A stretch of DNA of 64,000 nucleotides, from contig OZ316892.1 of NCBI GenBank assembly GCA_973895155.1, positions 15,244,861 through 15,308,860 on the forward strand. Direction: 5' to 3'. The notes under the pieces are model-generated. The model had not been told where the DNA came from. It saw nothing but the letters and a program-made list of their open reading frames with translations, and did no database searches. Shown here in pieces: positions 13,298 through 27,000 of this stretch. Position 1 is the first letter of the stretch, and the number at the start of each line of letters is the position of its first letter. The position numbers were made by a program, and so were the translations under genes. Source of the stretch: Marsupella aquatica (Eukaryota; Plantae; Marchantiophyta).

Positions 13298-15964
13298 ATT
13301 AATAGAGAGAATGCAACAAAGCCTTCAATCAATAGTGATCTAACCATTGCTAGAGTGTTTTTGGATGGAAATAGTGACCAAACTAATGATAGGGTAATTT
13401 TTGGACAGGCGTGATGATTTGGTCACTGATAGGGTACTTTTTTGACAGAAGTATTAACAACAATATCCAAGTTAGCACATGTTGGTGTTTCTATGCAACC
13501 TTTAACAGTGGCTAAGTTGTGCCCTAGCTAATCTAACCAGGCGCTAGAGTTAAGTACCAACAAAACTCCCCTAGCTCTAGTCCTAAGTTAACTACCTAGC
13601 AAGCTTACTTCTACTCTCCATATATATATCCATAGGAAATTCTAGAAAGGAAAACCTCCCCTTTGTAACTAGAATTAAGTTGCACCTGATACTCCGTCGG
13701 ATAGGGCATACATAATATTGGGGAAACCATGGTCAACATGCAACCAAGAGCACATGCACCCCAACACATGAGAGACAAGTGGTTCACTCTTCAATGAGGC
13801 TATGTCCTCAAGAACACACAAGAACTTTATTACACCCCTATTGGTCATACCAAGCATCCATAGCACAAGTTCTCCCTATTTCTCAAGTTGTTAGGTGACA
13901 ATCAGCAAAAGTCTCCATGGGGAGCTCTTCCTTGCCGCTCTATATGCTTCTTATCTTAACATTGGAAAACAACAAAACACTTTATTATGCATTCGCATTG
14001 TATGCATTTTGAGTACACAACAGTGTGATCCACCACTTCATCATAGATACAAGATAAGCTGTTGCCTGTTTTACATAAGATTCATGTGAAGAGTTATGTT
14101 GTCTCCTAAAGCACAACTTGTAAGAAACTATCGGCTCAGACTAGACATCAAATGCAAAACATGCTCAGAACATTCAATCTCACACTACACCAACAAGACA
14201 CCATGATGGAGAAATTCCTAAAGGATCGATCCATAGCCGATGAGAAAGTACATGCGAAGAACGAGGGAAAGAATGATCTCCGTCCAACCTATACCCCCGG
14301 GGGGCCTAGATGTGTGGGCCTAATCTAAGCGGATCTTATCCTATTACATCAAGGGTTAACTTACCCTGGTAAGGCCAAAGTAACTAAAGTCAAGGACTTG
14401 AGTCAAATCCTAACACAACTGATATCTTATAAATGTTTTTACCTAATTGTGAGGGATACAAATATAAGAGCGCTAGCGGCTAGCATGAATGTCTTCAAAG
14501 TCTATCTATCTTTCGGGGGCACTATTTGATGTCATGGAGTTGCAGTCATCATCCAATCCTGCCAAAAGATCTGGCTTGATCTTGTCTCAAACCCTTCAAG
14601 ACGGTCTCTCACATACAACCTTGATAGCCTCCGGAAAACAGGTCTACAAGATGGACAATCCACCCAAGTTTTGCCCTCAAAGTCAACAGCCCTACCCTAC
14701 TCCTTGGAACCAAGCCCAAATTCCTCATCATGTATCATTTGGATGTCCTCTGAATGGTGGACATGGATGGTGAACTTTCCACCAAAGGGTCTTGGAGAAG
14801 AGTCACAAAGCCATAAAATGTTGCGCTCCGCTGGACTTAGTCCCTCTTCAGGTGGTAGCTGCTCGTTGTTGTTGCCTCTCGGTGTCTGCTTGTGTAATAG
14901 TCACCAAAATTTTCAGAACAGGGGAAAATGGAATTAAAGAATCATCTGGTCTGACGGTGTCCGCAGGATCATTCAAACTCTGACTCCCATTCAACCTCTT
15001 CTTGTCTCCTTCGCACACTGTTGATGTCATCACAAGACCTCTGCCCAATTCCACAATCCATCATCTAAGGTCTAAAAACTTGCTTGAAAGACAACCAAAA
15101 AGGCGGCCTGGACTCAAAAATATTTTGGGCACCAATGCAAACCCAAACTACTTTGAGCTTTGAAATTTTTCTTTACAGTTTCTAAGACCAAAAGAACTAA
15201 AAAACATCCATAGTAGCCTCACGCGTTAGCGTAGACAAAATGTTCCATACCTAAAAGCAAGTATGATCATAATAGCATAAGGTGCTAACGCCAAAAAACA
15301 AGGCAAGTTAATTGTGCTTAGTGAACTTGTCCAAGAGTCAATAACTAGAATTATTGTTTGCAAGTGACAAACATCATTATATTCTTTTAGCTGTTGACTC
15401 AATAAATGAATTTTGTCCTAGTTATCTTAGCAAAATTCTTTAGAATTATTTTTGAATGATTCCTCAAAGATGGCAAGGAGTTTGAGAAATTGGAAGAAAC
15501 TTGGATTACAAAAGGATGTAATCCCTAAATTAGAGTCTGCTGCTTTTCCATGCCCAAAAATATATACCGTAGCACAACAAAAATGATAATTGTAGCTCCA
15601 TACACTCTAATTTGGATTTATTTCATGTGTTTAAAGATCATAAACACTAAACTCCTCAAATTTTGTGTGGGAGTGAGTCTCATATTAGCTGTTGATGCAA
15701 AAAAATTGAGATAATTTAACATCACAATATGATATGATCGCTAAACTAGTACCTCTAGCTATCTCAATACCCCCTAAATATCTTGTGTAGAAAGAACACA
15801 ATGCTATTATAGTGCCAGACTCTACCATAAATCACATTTTGTTGATGCATAATAAAGTCCATAATTTGATAATAGTATCATTTGCTACATTTCTGACAAG
15901 CCAAAAATAATCACATATATACCAATTGTCAATGGAAGTTTCAGTTTTTGTAAAGAACCACTGA

Positions 15965-16569
15965 ATAATTTGGATGACACAACATCTTTTTTCTTAAATA
16001 ACAACATCTTGGGCGACACAACATCTGTTTTTCTTAATGACATCTTAGATGACATGACATCTTTTGTCTTAATAGCATCTTGGGCGCCATGACACCTTTT
16101 TTTTAACGACATCTTGCTTTTTCACGTCATCTTTTTTCTTCACGACATCTTGTGTGCAACGCACGGGTATTTTCTTCACGACATCTTTTGTTCTCAATGA
16201 CTTCTTGGCCGACACGACATCTTTTGTTCTCATCGACATCTTGGCCGACACAACATCTTCCTTCTCAACGATCTCTTGGCCGCCACTACATCTTTTGTTC
16301 TCAACGACCTCTTGGCTGACATGACATCTTTCGTTATCACCAGCATCTTGGCCAACACGACATCTTTTGTTCTCACATCTTGAGCGACACAACATCTTTC
16401 TACTCAATGACCTTTTGGTTGACACGACATTTTTCTTCTCAATATTACCTCTTGACCGACACAAGATCTTTATTCTCAACAACCTCTTGGTCTACATGAC
16501 CTCTTAGTTTTGTTCTTAACATCTTGGCCGTCACTACATCTTTTGTGTAAGGCATGGATATTGAGCTAG
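15965..16569 (+). mobile_element. Minisatellite-rich non-autonomous Helitron-like element
   Basis: ~36-39-bp units (ttctcaacgacctcttggccgacacgacatcttttg). Contains GTGCAACGCACGGG (within 16151-16170), a classic plant Helitron 3' hairpin, and ends in a degenerate hairpin followed by CTAG|T at 16566-16570. Confidence 0.65.
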
Positions 16570-17836
16570 TACATGCTAATTCTGCGAAAAACAAAACAGA
16601 GGTGAAACGAATGCAGCCTGGATGGGAGTCCTAAAACTTAGAAAGTATTCCTATCATGTAGAACCGGCCCCACCTGCCGTATTACTGGCAAGCATGGCAT
16701 GAGTTAAGTTGATGCCGACGACGTGGTAACAACACCACACAGTGCATCGTGAAAGTAGACTTTAGAGCCAGCGCTCCGCTGTTCTTGTGTTTCGTCCTCC
16801 TCCTCCTCCCTTCCATCCCGCCGCGGCCAAGGCGAGCTGGCAGGCAAGATGACTGTTTCTCGATTCCTCTTTTTCCTTGCATTATTTAGGAACTTTGCAA
16901 TGCGACGATGCGCTTTTGATTCATTAATAAATTAAACGCTTTCGAGACAACATCGAAGAAGAAGATTGGCGGTCGTCCGGTCCCGCAAATGCCGTCGAGC
17001 CGTTCGGTCTCCTGTCCTCGTCCTCGTCCTGCTGCGTGCCTGCCGTGGTGGCTCACTATGGTGGCATGGAGTATTACTAGTAATAACAATAATCAGCAGT
17101 CGAGTCCATATCTATGGCGCATCGTAAACTCCTACCACTATTGCATTGCTGAAAAAGCTGCAGCGGTCTACGCTCCGCCGGTCCCTGCCTCCTACACTAC
17201 TTCTGCTACTGCAGCGCGGACAAGGTTTTCCGGCGACTATCTCACTTGTCTGATGAGATCAGTTTTCCTTGGAGGCACGAATGGTCAATGTGCGACTTGG
17301 ACTGGACTGCGGGCGCGTCTGTCACGAGCTTTGTCACCGGATGTCAAGATCGAATTTGAGTACAGTGAAGTGTGCGCTCTGTCGGTCCTTGGTTTCGTTA
17401 ACATCCTCGTAGGTTCCATGCAAGCCTTGGTAAAATTCCAAGATTTAAATGGTTCAGAAGCGGATTGTCGAGCCTATCTGTGTGTTTAGCTCCGTACTGT
17501 GTCATGGCACATCGTAACTCGGCGCAATTGAACCAGTTTTTCCGCCCTCTGCTCCATTGACGGACAGGCTCGCCTAGGTTTGCACTGTCTCTCATTTTTA
17601 CGCCAATGGAACTGTTGTCCGTCTAGCTTCTTGATACCATTATTTGTACTGCGTGGTCGCAATTCTTCACAATTAGCTTACTGCGATGCCCTGCTATGCG
17701 CTCTATTTACCCTTTGCTCCTTGCAGATCGCAGGGCGATCTGTCACATCTGAATCACACCTCAGTTGTAAAATTGGAGCTGCGTTGTATCTTGGACTCTG
17801 TGGCGGAGACGGCAGTGTTCTGTGCTTGCGTCTACT

Positions 17837-20800
17837 ATGACGAAGGCATGGCGACTAGCCTTGGCAGCATTGTACATTCTCTGGATCGAATTAGAGCTAG
17901 TCGGGGGATCTGTGCACGAGTATCGAAATGCATCTCTTTCACTGATAGGAAACGCTTATATGCTGTATGGTGGTAGTGAGGGCCTTTACGCGTCCTCATC
18001 GAATGCAAATAATCCTGGGGTGGCCAATGGAAAGTCTTATATCAGGTATGCCCAAGTACACTAGCTTAGAATGTGTTTGCTTTATTTTTTGCACCTAGAC
18101 ACCTCAATGTGTGAGCTATATCGCTAAATTTTTGGGAACGGGATTGCGGATCTACTCATACTTGTTCTCCTTACTCTTACATTCCACACAATCTCTCTGG
18201 TACTCTTCATTATGCATAATACGGATTGCCCCTTTGCACTTCCATCTGCAAGCCTCGGTACACCTATTATCTTTGTCTCTGTTATGATTGGCGATGCGTT
18301 TCTGTTGCATTCACCCGGGAGTGCCTATACAGATAACAGCTAGATGTGCGGAAGAAGAAGGTTGTCGGCATGCTGTAGTCGATAGGCTTGAGTTCTTGTT
18401 AACGGGGTCCTCTCTGCTGAGATGTCCTCTTCCAAGAGTCAAGTCGTAGTGTCCTTGACATCTCTGAACTGTTTCCGACATTCTTTATATGCTGGAAGTG
18501 ACGTTTTGCATAGAAATCTGTAAATGGCAATCTCATAGAAGTATCTTTGCACAAAATCTTCAACTGGGATTGGCTCAGTAAGAAGTTGCGAGCTTCACAA
18601 TTCTTCTCTCAAGGATTTTGGTGGATTGCATAGCACATTCCCCTGTTGGCGGACCCTTTCCTAACTGCGTACCCACTACTTTCGTTGAAGAACCTAAGTA
18701 GGGGAGGGTTGTTGCAAGTCAAACATCCCTCCTGCGGCGATCTCAGGGATGCGAGATCCTTTTGATTGTTGGAAACGGCGAAGATCCTGCCCTGTGCTAT
18801 GGAATTAGCTCGCTATACCCATTTTTATGGCCATATTTCAGTTTGCCAGATCGAGTCGACTAGGAAGTAGAATATTTCCTTACACGCACTACTTACTCTT
18901 CTCTCCTCTGTTCAGATTTGACTCTTCTCTCACGCTAAGAAGGCCAGCAGATTCTATCCCTCAATTTCAATCTGGACCGCCTGGTTTAGTGGAGGCGATT
19001 ATTTTTGAGGTAACGAATGCAGACAGGATTGGCAGCCGAATTAATGGACAAAAAGCATTTTGTTGCTCTGCAGACTTGTCAAAACAATTGCCCTGCCGTG
19101 AAGGTGAAGTCATCCTACATCCATCTGCAGAGGATCCGCAATGGCCACTCAATCTACATCTCTATTTTGGTGGCACAGATCTGGAAATCAGGTTTCCTTT
19201 CCAAGAAGTAAACATCACCAGAACGGGAATGTACACCCTATATTTCATCACCTGCGATACCAGACTCTCAGGGCTTGTTGTGGAAGGGAAGACTGTATGG
19301 AAAAACCCTCACGGTTATCTGCCAGGTCGTATGGCTCCCTTAGAGCTATTCTACGGATTTCTCTCACTGTTGTATCTGGTACTTGGAATCTTCTGGTTCC
19401 TTCAATATCTGCGGTTCTGGATAGACATACTGCAGCTTCAGAACTGCATAACTTTAGTTATAGGCTTGGGTATGCTCGAGATGGCCTTATGGTACTTTGA
19501 GTACGCGAACTTTAACCACACAGGATTGAGACCAATGGGCATAACAATTTGGGCAGTTACCCTAGGAGCAGTGAAGAAGACAGTTGCTCGCCTTCTCATT
19601 TTAGTTGTTTCGATGGGTTATGGCGTCGTACGTCCCACTCTTGGGGGTCTGACGTCAAAAGTCCTCATCCTGGGGTCGACTTATTTCCTGGCTGCGGAAT
19701 CATTAGATGTGGTAGAAAATGTGGGTACTATCAATGATCTATCAGGAAAGGCACGCCTGTTTCTTGTGCTTCCAGTGGCAATTTTGGACGCTATTTTTGT
19801 TCTCTGGATCTTCACGTCTCTTTCTAAAACTCTGGAGAAATTGCAGGTCAGTAAATTTGTAATCTTTCTTCTTGTGAAGCCCTGGATAGGAGTAGTTCAT
19901 AACTCATTTTTTCTGTACGATGCCGAAATTTCATGCTCAAACATTCCATGACTGTATAATATTGGCTAAATCTTCTCAGGGGACTTGTTGGAGTGCAGGG
20001 GAGAAAACAAGTGGCGAAATTGGAGCTGTACAGGAAATTTACTAACTCCATGGCCGTTTGTGTCATCATTGCTGTCCTATGGATAGGTTATGAGGTGACT
20101 TTACTTTTGTCTCTGTTACCAAATTTGTCATCAGAATTGTGTAACTTTTTGTCTCAAAGTCTATAGTTAAGAGACGATAGTAGGAATGACATGTTATGGA
20201 AATCCAGATCTGACAGTTTTGTAGAATTGTTTTGCATTTGTTCGAGGCATCCTGTGCTTCATTCATTTGCATTTCCAGAACCAAGCTTTTCAAGTCATAG
20301 GATGAGCTGCGGGTCTTAATTAAGGACTCTGTTTAAACTATGGAAATGCGATGCTTGTATTGTGCAGCTGTACTTCAAAGCGACTGATTCTTACAGTGAG
20401 GGCTGGCAAGATGCATGGATAATTTCTGCGTTTTGGAGTATCTTAACCTTCTTACTACTATGCGTAGTTTGCGCTCTCTGGGCTCCGTCACAGAACTCCA
20501 CTCGGTGAGTTGGCAGTCAGGGCTGTCGATGGAGAATCAGGATCTGCGTGACTGAGCATTATTTTCGGGACACAGTTTTCCATTTCGCACCATTCTATTT
20601 CCTAAGGTGGAATTGATGTACTGTGCTTCTATAGCAATGATTTTCTCACGCCTGTCTTATTTTTCTGCCTCAGTTTTATTTAGTACAGATTGGTCCTGTC
20701 AAGTCATCCATGTTTCTGGATCTAAACTGTTTTCTCATGTAATATCCAATCCTGACGACAGATATGCCTACTCCGATGAAGCGCCTGAGGATTTTGATGA

Positions 20801-20948
20801 CGAGGCATCTATCGCTTTGACATCATCTGGTGGAAGGAAGCCTACATCAACGGGGGACCTAGAGAAGGGCGATAAGAAAGAGAGGAACCCGATAAATACT
20901 GAAGTATTCACTTTGGATGATGATTTGGAGGAGGACAAACGAGAGTAG
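17837..20948 (+). CDS. Lung seven-transmembrane receptor family (TMEM87/GPR107-like), 5 coding exons
   Basis: Exons ~17837-18045, 18916-19846, 19999-20094, 20368-20504, 20762-20948, all GT-AG. Signal peptide; 'HEY...F/YGGSEGLYAS'; 'WKNP.GYLPG.MAPL..FYG'; 'VSMGYGVVRPTLG'; 'WAPSQNSTRYAYS'; acidic C-terminus EEDKRE. Confidence 0.93.
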
Positions 20949-21762
20949 GGTGATGTCACACTTGAAAACGCTTTGGCATCCAGAATTCTCTAATGCAACC
21001 ATTCGTTGTACCGGCTCTGACTTGATACGTGTGAACTACTGTTGCTGAATAGTACAGTTGTTGGGGTGCATCTTTTGACCTCGTAAGCTTCGTTTGACCG
21101 GTGTGGACCAACGTCACGGAACTGTGCCGTCATTGAGATGCAAATCAGCCACTAACATCGAAGCAATGCATTTTATGTACTAATGCAGAGTCCAAGTCAT
21201 TGGTGTTGGGAACAATCAGGATGCTTAAGTCGAAGTCTGGGAGCCGTATTCATGGTTAGAAGGACTATATGGATTGGGCTAGGTGTTATGATGTTGCAAA
21301 GGGGTTCGTGACAAGTTTCATATTGTTCCACTAAAGAAGAAAGGAGGATTTTCCATTTTCAGCACAGCTGTTCAAGACTTGTTGTCGAATTTGATCTTTT
21401 CACAAATAATTGAGTAAAGCGGTTTGGAACTATTCAACCTGTGGAAGCTAGCAGTGTTACCTTTATACATATCAGAGAACAGAATTCAGTATGAGACGCT
21501 CTGCTTGCATATCTGGGTTTGACCAACAGCTGGTGAAGTATGACCATCCTAAGAAAATACTGTGTGTATTTTCTTTGGAATGCTTATTGAATTCGTTTTT
21601 GTTTCTTCATTGGGAAAACTGGATGGCATCTGTTGACAGGAGTATTTTTTATTCTCTGGAAAGATTCATAGGGAAAATTTATGATCTTTTTTTAATTTTT
21701 GGAAGTAGTCATAGTGACAATCTATCTAATGGCTCCGATGGAAAAGGTATTTAGAGGGGATC

Positions 21763-21911
21763 GATGAAAAAGGGAAGGGGTCATTCAAGTCATCTTTGAG
21801 ACTAGTAAAAGAGTATGAGTGAATGAAAAAGGGAAGGGGTCATTCAAGTCATCTTTGAGACTAGTAAAAGAGTATGAGTGAAACAAGGAAGGGGCCATTC
21901 AAGTCATCTTT
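21763..21911. repeat. ~59-bp tandem repeat x2.5
   Basis: atgaaaaagggaaggggtcattcaagtcatctttgagactagtaaaagagtatgagtga occurs twice, plus a partial third copy. Confidence 0.9.
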
Positions 21912-22117
21912 GTTGAACTAAATATGAATAAAAATTTAAAATGTATATTTTGTCTAATCAGGTGTGTTTTTGTATGAGATTTCTGTTAGCTGTGTTTTTA
22001 ATTAGACTAATTATAAAATTAATATAAGCTTAGTGTGACCTTAACTTAATTAAGGGCAATATTAACATAGATTAGGTGTAACATTAACCAGGCCCCTTAT
22101 CCAAGAGGGTTTGGCCA

Positions 22118-23616
22118 AGTGGTGGACCTCGTCACCCAACGCCCTCACCCTCACCAATCCCAGCACTTGTGCCTAAGTGCCCTTAGTGTCCGAACGCTTC
22201 CATGGAATACCTCGAGCAAGTATCCCAGTGTCTCTATCACTACCTGCGGCCCCTCTCATACGAAGCCGCACTTGCTCATCTACACGATCGCTACTCAACG
22301 GTCCTCACAGTCTGCACAAGCAACCAAGCACCTCGGTAAGTAACCCCTCCGGATCTAGAACTCGCCAAGTCTAGCCTCCTAACTCAAGCTCAACAGACGT
22401 TGGTAAATAGGTCAGCGATAGGTCCTCCCGATGCCATAAGCCGGAACCAGAACCCATGCCCATTGTCCGTCCAGGACAGCTCCTTCCTTGGGCGCGGCCC
22501 GGGTCCCCCTCGTACCTATCCATCACCAATTGACCGCCCTGACCTCAGGACATGCTCATGGCCCAAATAGCGTAGCTTGTCCTAAAGCTTGTCCCAAGCT
22601 TGTCTCAACACGCCGGGACCAGAACGGCCCCGACTCTAACAACCACTTCCGGTTCGCCCCACTGATGGTCTAGGGACCGAGCACCCTTGGGACTCAGCCT
22701 CCATACCTACTTGGCCTTGCCTCCCCAACGCAAGCTCCCTTGGGAGGCTGAACGCGGCTTGGCTGCTGTTCGCCAGGATTTGGCAAGCGAGCGAGCTAAC
22801 ATCCGCAAACCACGAGAACCCATGGCACCCCCGGACCCATCGGAGCTCAGGAGGGCATAGCCCTCGTCAAGATCTTTCCAGCGCACCCAAGAAGTCCTCC
22901 AACAGACTTCCCGTTGGGAAGATATCGCCATTTCCGTTTGGCGGTTTCCCTTAGTGTCGCGACCGCCGCGGCTCACGACTTCGGCTCGGCCTTAGCCCCC
23001 AGGGAGACACCACTCCCCTCATATATGCTTATGGAGACCTGCCACCCCCGGACCAACTTTGGTCCCTAAACATTTGGCCCCCAACCCGGATCCCATCGCG
23101 CATAATGGGCGAGCCACCAACTGGCAACGCCCATAATTTTCTTGATAGGCATCTGCAAGTGGAGTGCCTTAGCCCATTGTGACCGGGCCAACCCAGTGCT
23201 CATGCCTAGGCCCTCAGGTCTGATCGCCGCTCTGGGCCCCCGACCGGCCCAACCTGGATCGGGCCATAACTTGCACCCCAAGCGTCCGTTGCCAATGGCG
23301 TCAACTCCATTGGCCTTGGGCCCAAGAGGAGCTCACTCCCAAGCCCTCAAAACTCGAAGCCCATCCGATAGTCCAGACGGCCATCCTTGAGTCCGACCCG
23401 TTTGCCCTTGACCCGACCAGCCATAGGCTAGTCCAAGCCCTTAGTGTGTGTCCCCGACTTGGCCCCTTGCCTCGCCAGAGCCACGTCTCATTGCCCACAA
23501 GTCTCCCCATGCTAAGTCCTCCCCGGATGGCCTATCCGGGCCTGGACCATAAGGGAGCTCGGCGTCGGAGTCAGCGACGCCGGAGCTAAGTGTTAAGGTA
23601 GTCGAGTTCCGCGACT
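22118..23616 (-). repeat. Chromovirus 3' LTR
   Basis: Begins AGTGGTGGACC and ends TTCCGCGACT on +; adjacent to the PPT. Confidence 0.95.
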
Positions 23617-24054
23617 TGCACCCCCCCTTAAAAATGGTCACGTCCGCGTGACCTCAGTAAACGTTCCAATACACATAGACCATTTTGGGCCTTAAAAAAT
23701 TTTATGAGGTAACAAATGGTTTGCCCATAAGGCTGATGCAAACCAGGTTGGTATGCGCATTCCAAACTTAGGAAATTCCAACCTATCCCACTTATCCAAG
23801 TAGGATGCCAGTCCAAACGGGTAAGCTAACTCCAAACTCGTCGGACCCATTGTCCCCCCTTGGGGCGCTCCCCTTTGGTTCGAACTAGCCCGCCCACAGA
23901 TGTAGGGCGGGCACCATCAACTTCCACTCGCAAAAAGCAAATCGGCCGCCCAACAACCTCTAGCACCAACGCAATCTGACTTTATCCTTAAGAGGCCGAG
24001 AGGAGTGAAACTAGGATACAACTCACAAAGGTAGCTACAGCTGCCTGTACCAGT

Positions 24055-27000
24055 TCACAACGGCGGTAGGCCGCTTCGCTTACGATAGCTTCCAAGGATC
24101 TCTGAGGCATTACCCAAATTTTCCTCCGGCTCCCAAGTACTCTCGGCCTGGTCGTAGCCAGCCCACTTCACCAAATACTCTAAGATTTGCCTTCCCAACT
24201 TGCGTTTGTAACGGTGGTCCAGAATTGCCTTTACCTCAAACTCCTCCGCGTCCTACACCAGCATGGCGTCCGGAAGCAAGACCTGATCCCGGTTGGGATC
24301 ATCGTCTTTAACAAACTTCTTGAGCCGACTAACATGGTAGCTTTTGCCCATGCCCATTTCTTTGGGTGTCTCCAACACCACCGAAACCGGATTATCCTTG
24401 TGGGCCCATCGTAGGATGCAATAGGGCCCCGCATATCTGGGAGCCAGCTTCCTACTTATGTTCCCGTGGTATTGCTCAGGTCTCAACTGCAACCAGACGC
24501 TCTCCCCAATTTCAAAGTTTATCTGGCGTCGATGTTTATCCCCTTGCTCCTTGTACCGACTTTGGGCAAGGGTCATACCCTTGGTAGCCGCTTCCACAAC
24601 TAGGCGCCGCTCTCGAATAAAATTGTCCGTAGAAGGAACCTTGCTTTCTGTCCGCCAAGCTTCCGGATTTATAAACCAGGAGGACGCCAAGGGCGTCCTC
24701 CCTGTGGCCAACACAAACGGCGCAAACCCCGTCACCGACTGCTTGGTCGAGTTATACCTAAACTCGGCCATTGTTAAATGCTTTGCCCAATCCTTCTGAT
24801 TGGCTATCACAAAGTGATGCAAGTAGTCCTCCACGATACCATTAACCCGTTCTGTTTGGCCATCTGTCTCATGATGATACGCTGACCCCCTGGTCAGGTC
24901 CGTTCCAAATAACCGGAACAACGCCTTCCAAAAATGGCCCGTGAACTTGGTATTGCGATCGGACAGGATATGCAACGGCAATCCCCACTGTCAAAAGACA
25001 TTGTCAAATACTAGACCGGCAACCTCTCGGGCCGAAACCATCTTCGTAGTAGGCAAGAAATACGTCATCTTGGAAAAACGATCCACGATTGTTAAGATGG
25101 AGTTACTGCCGTGGGACTCAGGTAATCCAACAATGAAGTCCATGGAGATAGACTCCCATGGAGCCGCAACTACTGGTAAGGGTTGTAATAGTCCTCCTTT
25201 TGCCCTATAGACCGTTCGGTTCTTTTGGCACGAGTAACAACTTTGCACGTGTTGAAGGACCGATTGCTTCATGTCCGGCCAATACACATCTCGCAACATG
25301 CTGCGATACATAGCGGCTTGTCCTGTATGCCCTCCCTAGGGTGAGTTGTGGTACTTTTGCAGAACCTCTAACCTTAGAGACTCCGGTATGTACACACGCC
25401 TCTGCTTGTATCGCCATAACTGGACATTATGCGTCTTATCCAACCCCAACAATACGTGCCTTACCTTGCCTTGGCTACCCCCATTGCTTTGCCATTCCTT
25501 AGCTAACCTGTCATCCTCATACGTTGCGGCCAGAATCTTTGGCCACTCGGATTCAAGCATTGTAATCCCATTGACACGATGTTGGTCCTTACGCGATAAC
25601 GCGTCGGCTACCGTGTTTGTCTTCCCTGGAACGTGGCGGACTTCGAAATCAAAATCCGCCAAGAACATCTGCCAGCGCATTTCCTTGGGGTTCAGCCTTG
25701 GCTTAGAACTGAAGTACCCGGCCGACGAGCTATCTGTGTGGATTACCACTTTGGGACCATTCTTAAGGTAAATCTCCCACTTCTTCAACGCGTAGATCAC
25801 AACATACATTTCCTTTTCCGGCGTGATCCAGTGATTTTCCAACTTACATGACTCAAAGGCCACAGGACGCCCATCTTGGTGAAGACGGGCGCCGATGGCA
25901 TAATCACTTGCGTCTATCCAAATCTCGAACGGCTTCCCCATCTCAAGTAACTTTAGAACCGGCGGTGTTATCATTAACCGCTTAAGTTCTAGGAATGCTA
26001 ACTCGCAATCCTGTGTCCACACAAACACTTTGTTTTTCAACGTTAGCGCATTGAGGGGCCTCGCGATCCTTGCATAGTCTTTCATATATCTCCGATAGAA
26101 CCCCGTAAATCCTAAGAAGGCTCTAACTTGCCTTACATTGGACGGACGCTCCCATTCTTTGATCTCCTTAAGCTTGTCCTGACTAGGCGTAATCCCTTCC
26201 GGGGTAAAGGTATGGCCGAAGAACTGAATCTCGTTCATCGCAAACTTGCACTTGCTAGGTTTAGCAAAGAGGCGAGCCTTACGAAGGCGAGAGAACCCTT
26301 CTCTGAGCAATTGCTCATGCTCCTCCAACGTTTTTGAGTAGATTAGGATGTCGTCAATAAAGACGACCACTCCTTGGTCCAACAAGTCATGAAAGATGGT
26401 ATTCATCATCTTCATGAACGTTGCAGTTGCATTACACAACCCAAACGGCATGACCAAAAACTCATAGGATCCGAACCTTGTGCGCATTGTGGTCTTATAC
26501 TCGTCTCCCTTAGCCATGCGGATCTGGTAATACCCAGACCGCAAGTCCACCTTTGAAAACTTCTTAGCCCCGAAGAGGCAATTGAAGAGGTCATCCATAT
26601 GAGGTAACGGGTACTTGTTCTTTACCGTTTGCTTATTGAGGGCCCGGTAATCTGCGCACAATCTCAAAGTACCATCCTTTTTGGACACAAACAGCGTAGG
26701 CGCCCCGTAAGGACTCTTACTAGGGCGAATGAACCCTTGGTCGATCAACTCTTCCAAGGCGTTCTTCAGCATCATTCGCTCGTTCAGGTTCAGACGATAA
26801 GGAGCTTTAGCCCGAGGAGTCGATCCCGGCTCCAACTCAACTTGGTGATCCACTTCTCTCCGCGGGGGTAAACCTTTAGGTAGCTTCTGTGAGAGCACGT
26901 CGTTGAATTCCTCTAAAATTTCAGGAATTTGACCACAGTCGGGCCTGACCTTAGCTGACTTGACCTTTGGCTGTGACGCAGCCTCCTTAGTTGGGTGGAG

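Noticed and set aside
13675-15060. Coding-like, Cys-containing fragments
   Set aside because: No continuous frame or recognisable motif; probably old TE debris, but not assignable.
15885-16482. ORFs with repeated KDVVS motifs (also 48253-49249)
   Set aside because: They are translations of the minisatellite and of low-complexity insertion DNA.
15965-16550. Regularly spaced ~36-bp repeats resembling a CRISPR array
   Set aside because: The units are contiguous degenerate tandem repeats with no unique spacers, there are no cas genes, and the context is eukaryotic.
16989-17489. 166-aa ORF upstream of the 7TM gene
   Set aside because: It has no recognisable domain and lies in the probable promoter/5'UTR; the signal-peptide ATG is at 17837.
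22116-22117. LTR starting with CA(AGT), since CA precedes AGT at both LTR copies
   Set aside because: The empty-site twin and the solo LTR show that this CA belongs to the TSD GGCCA; the match is coincidental.
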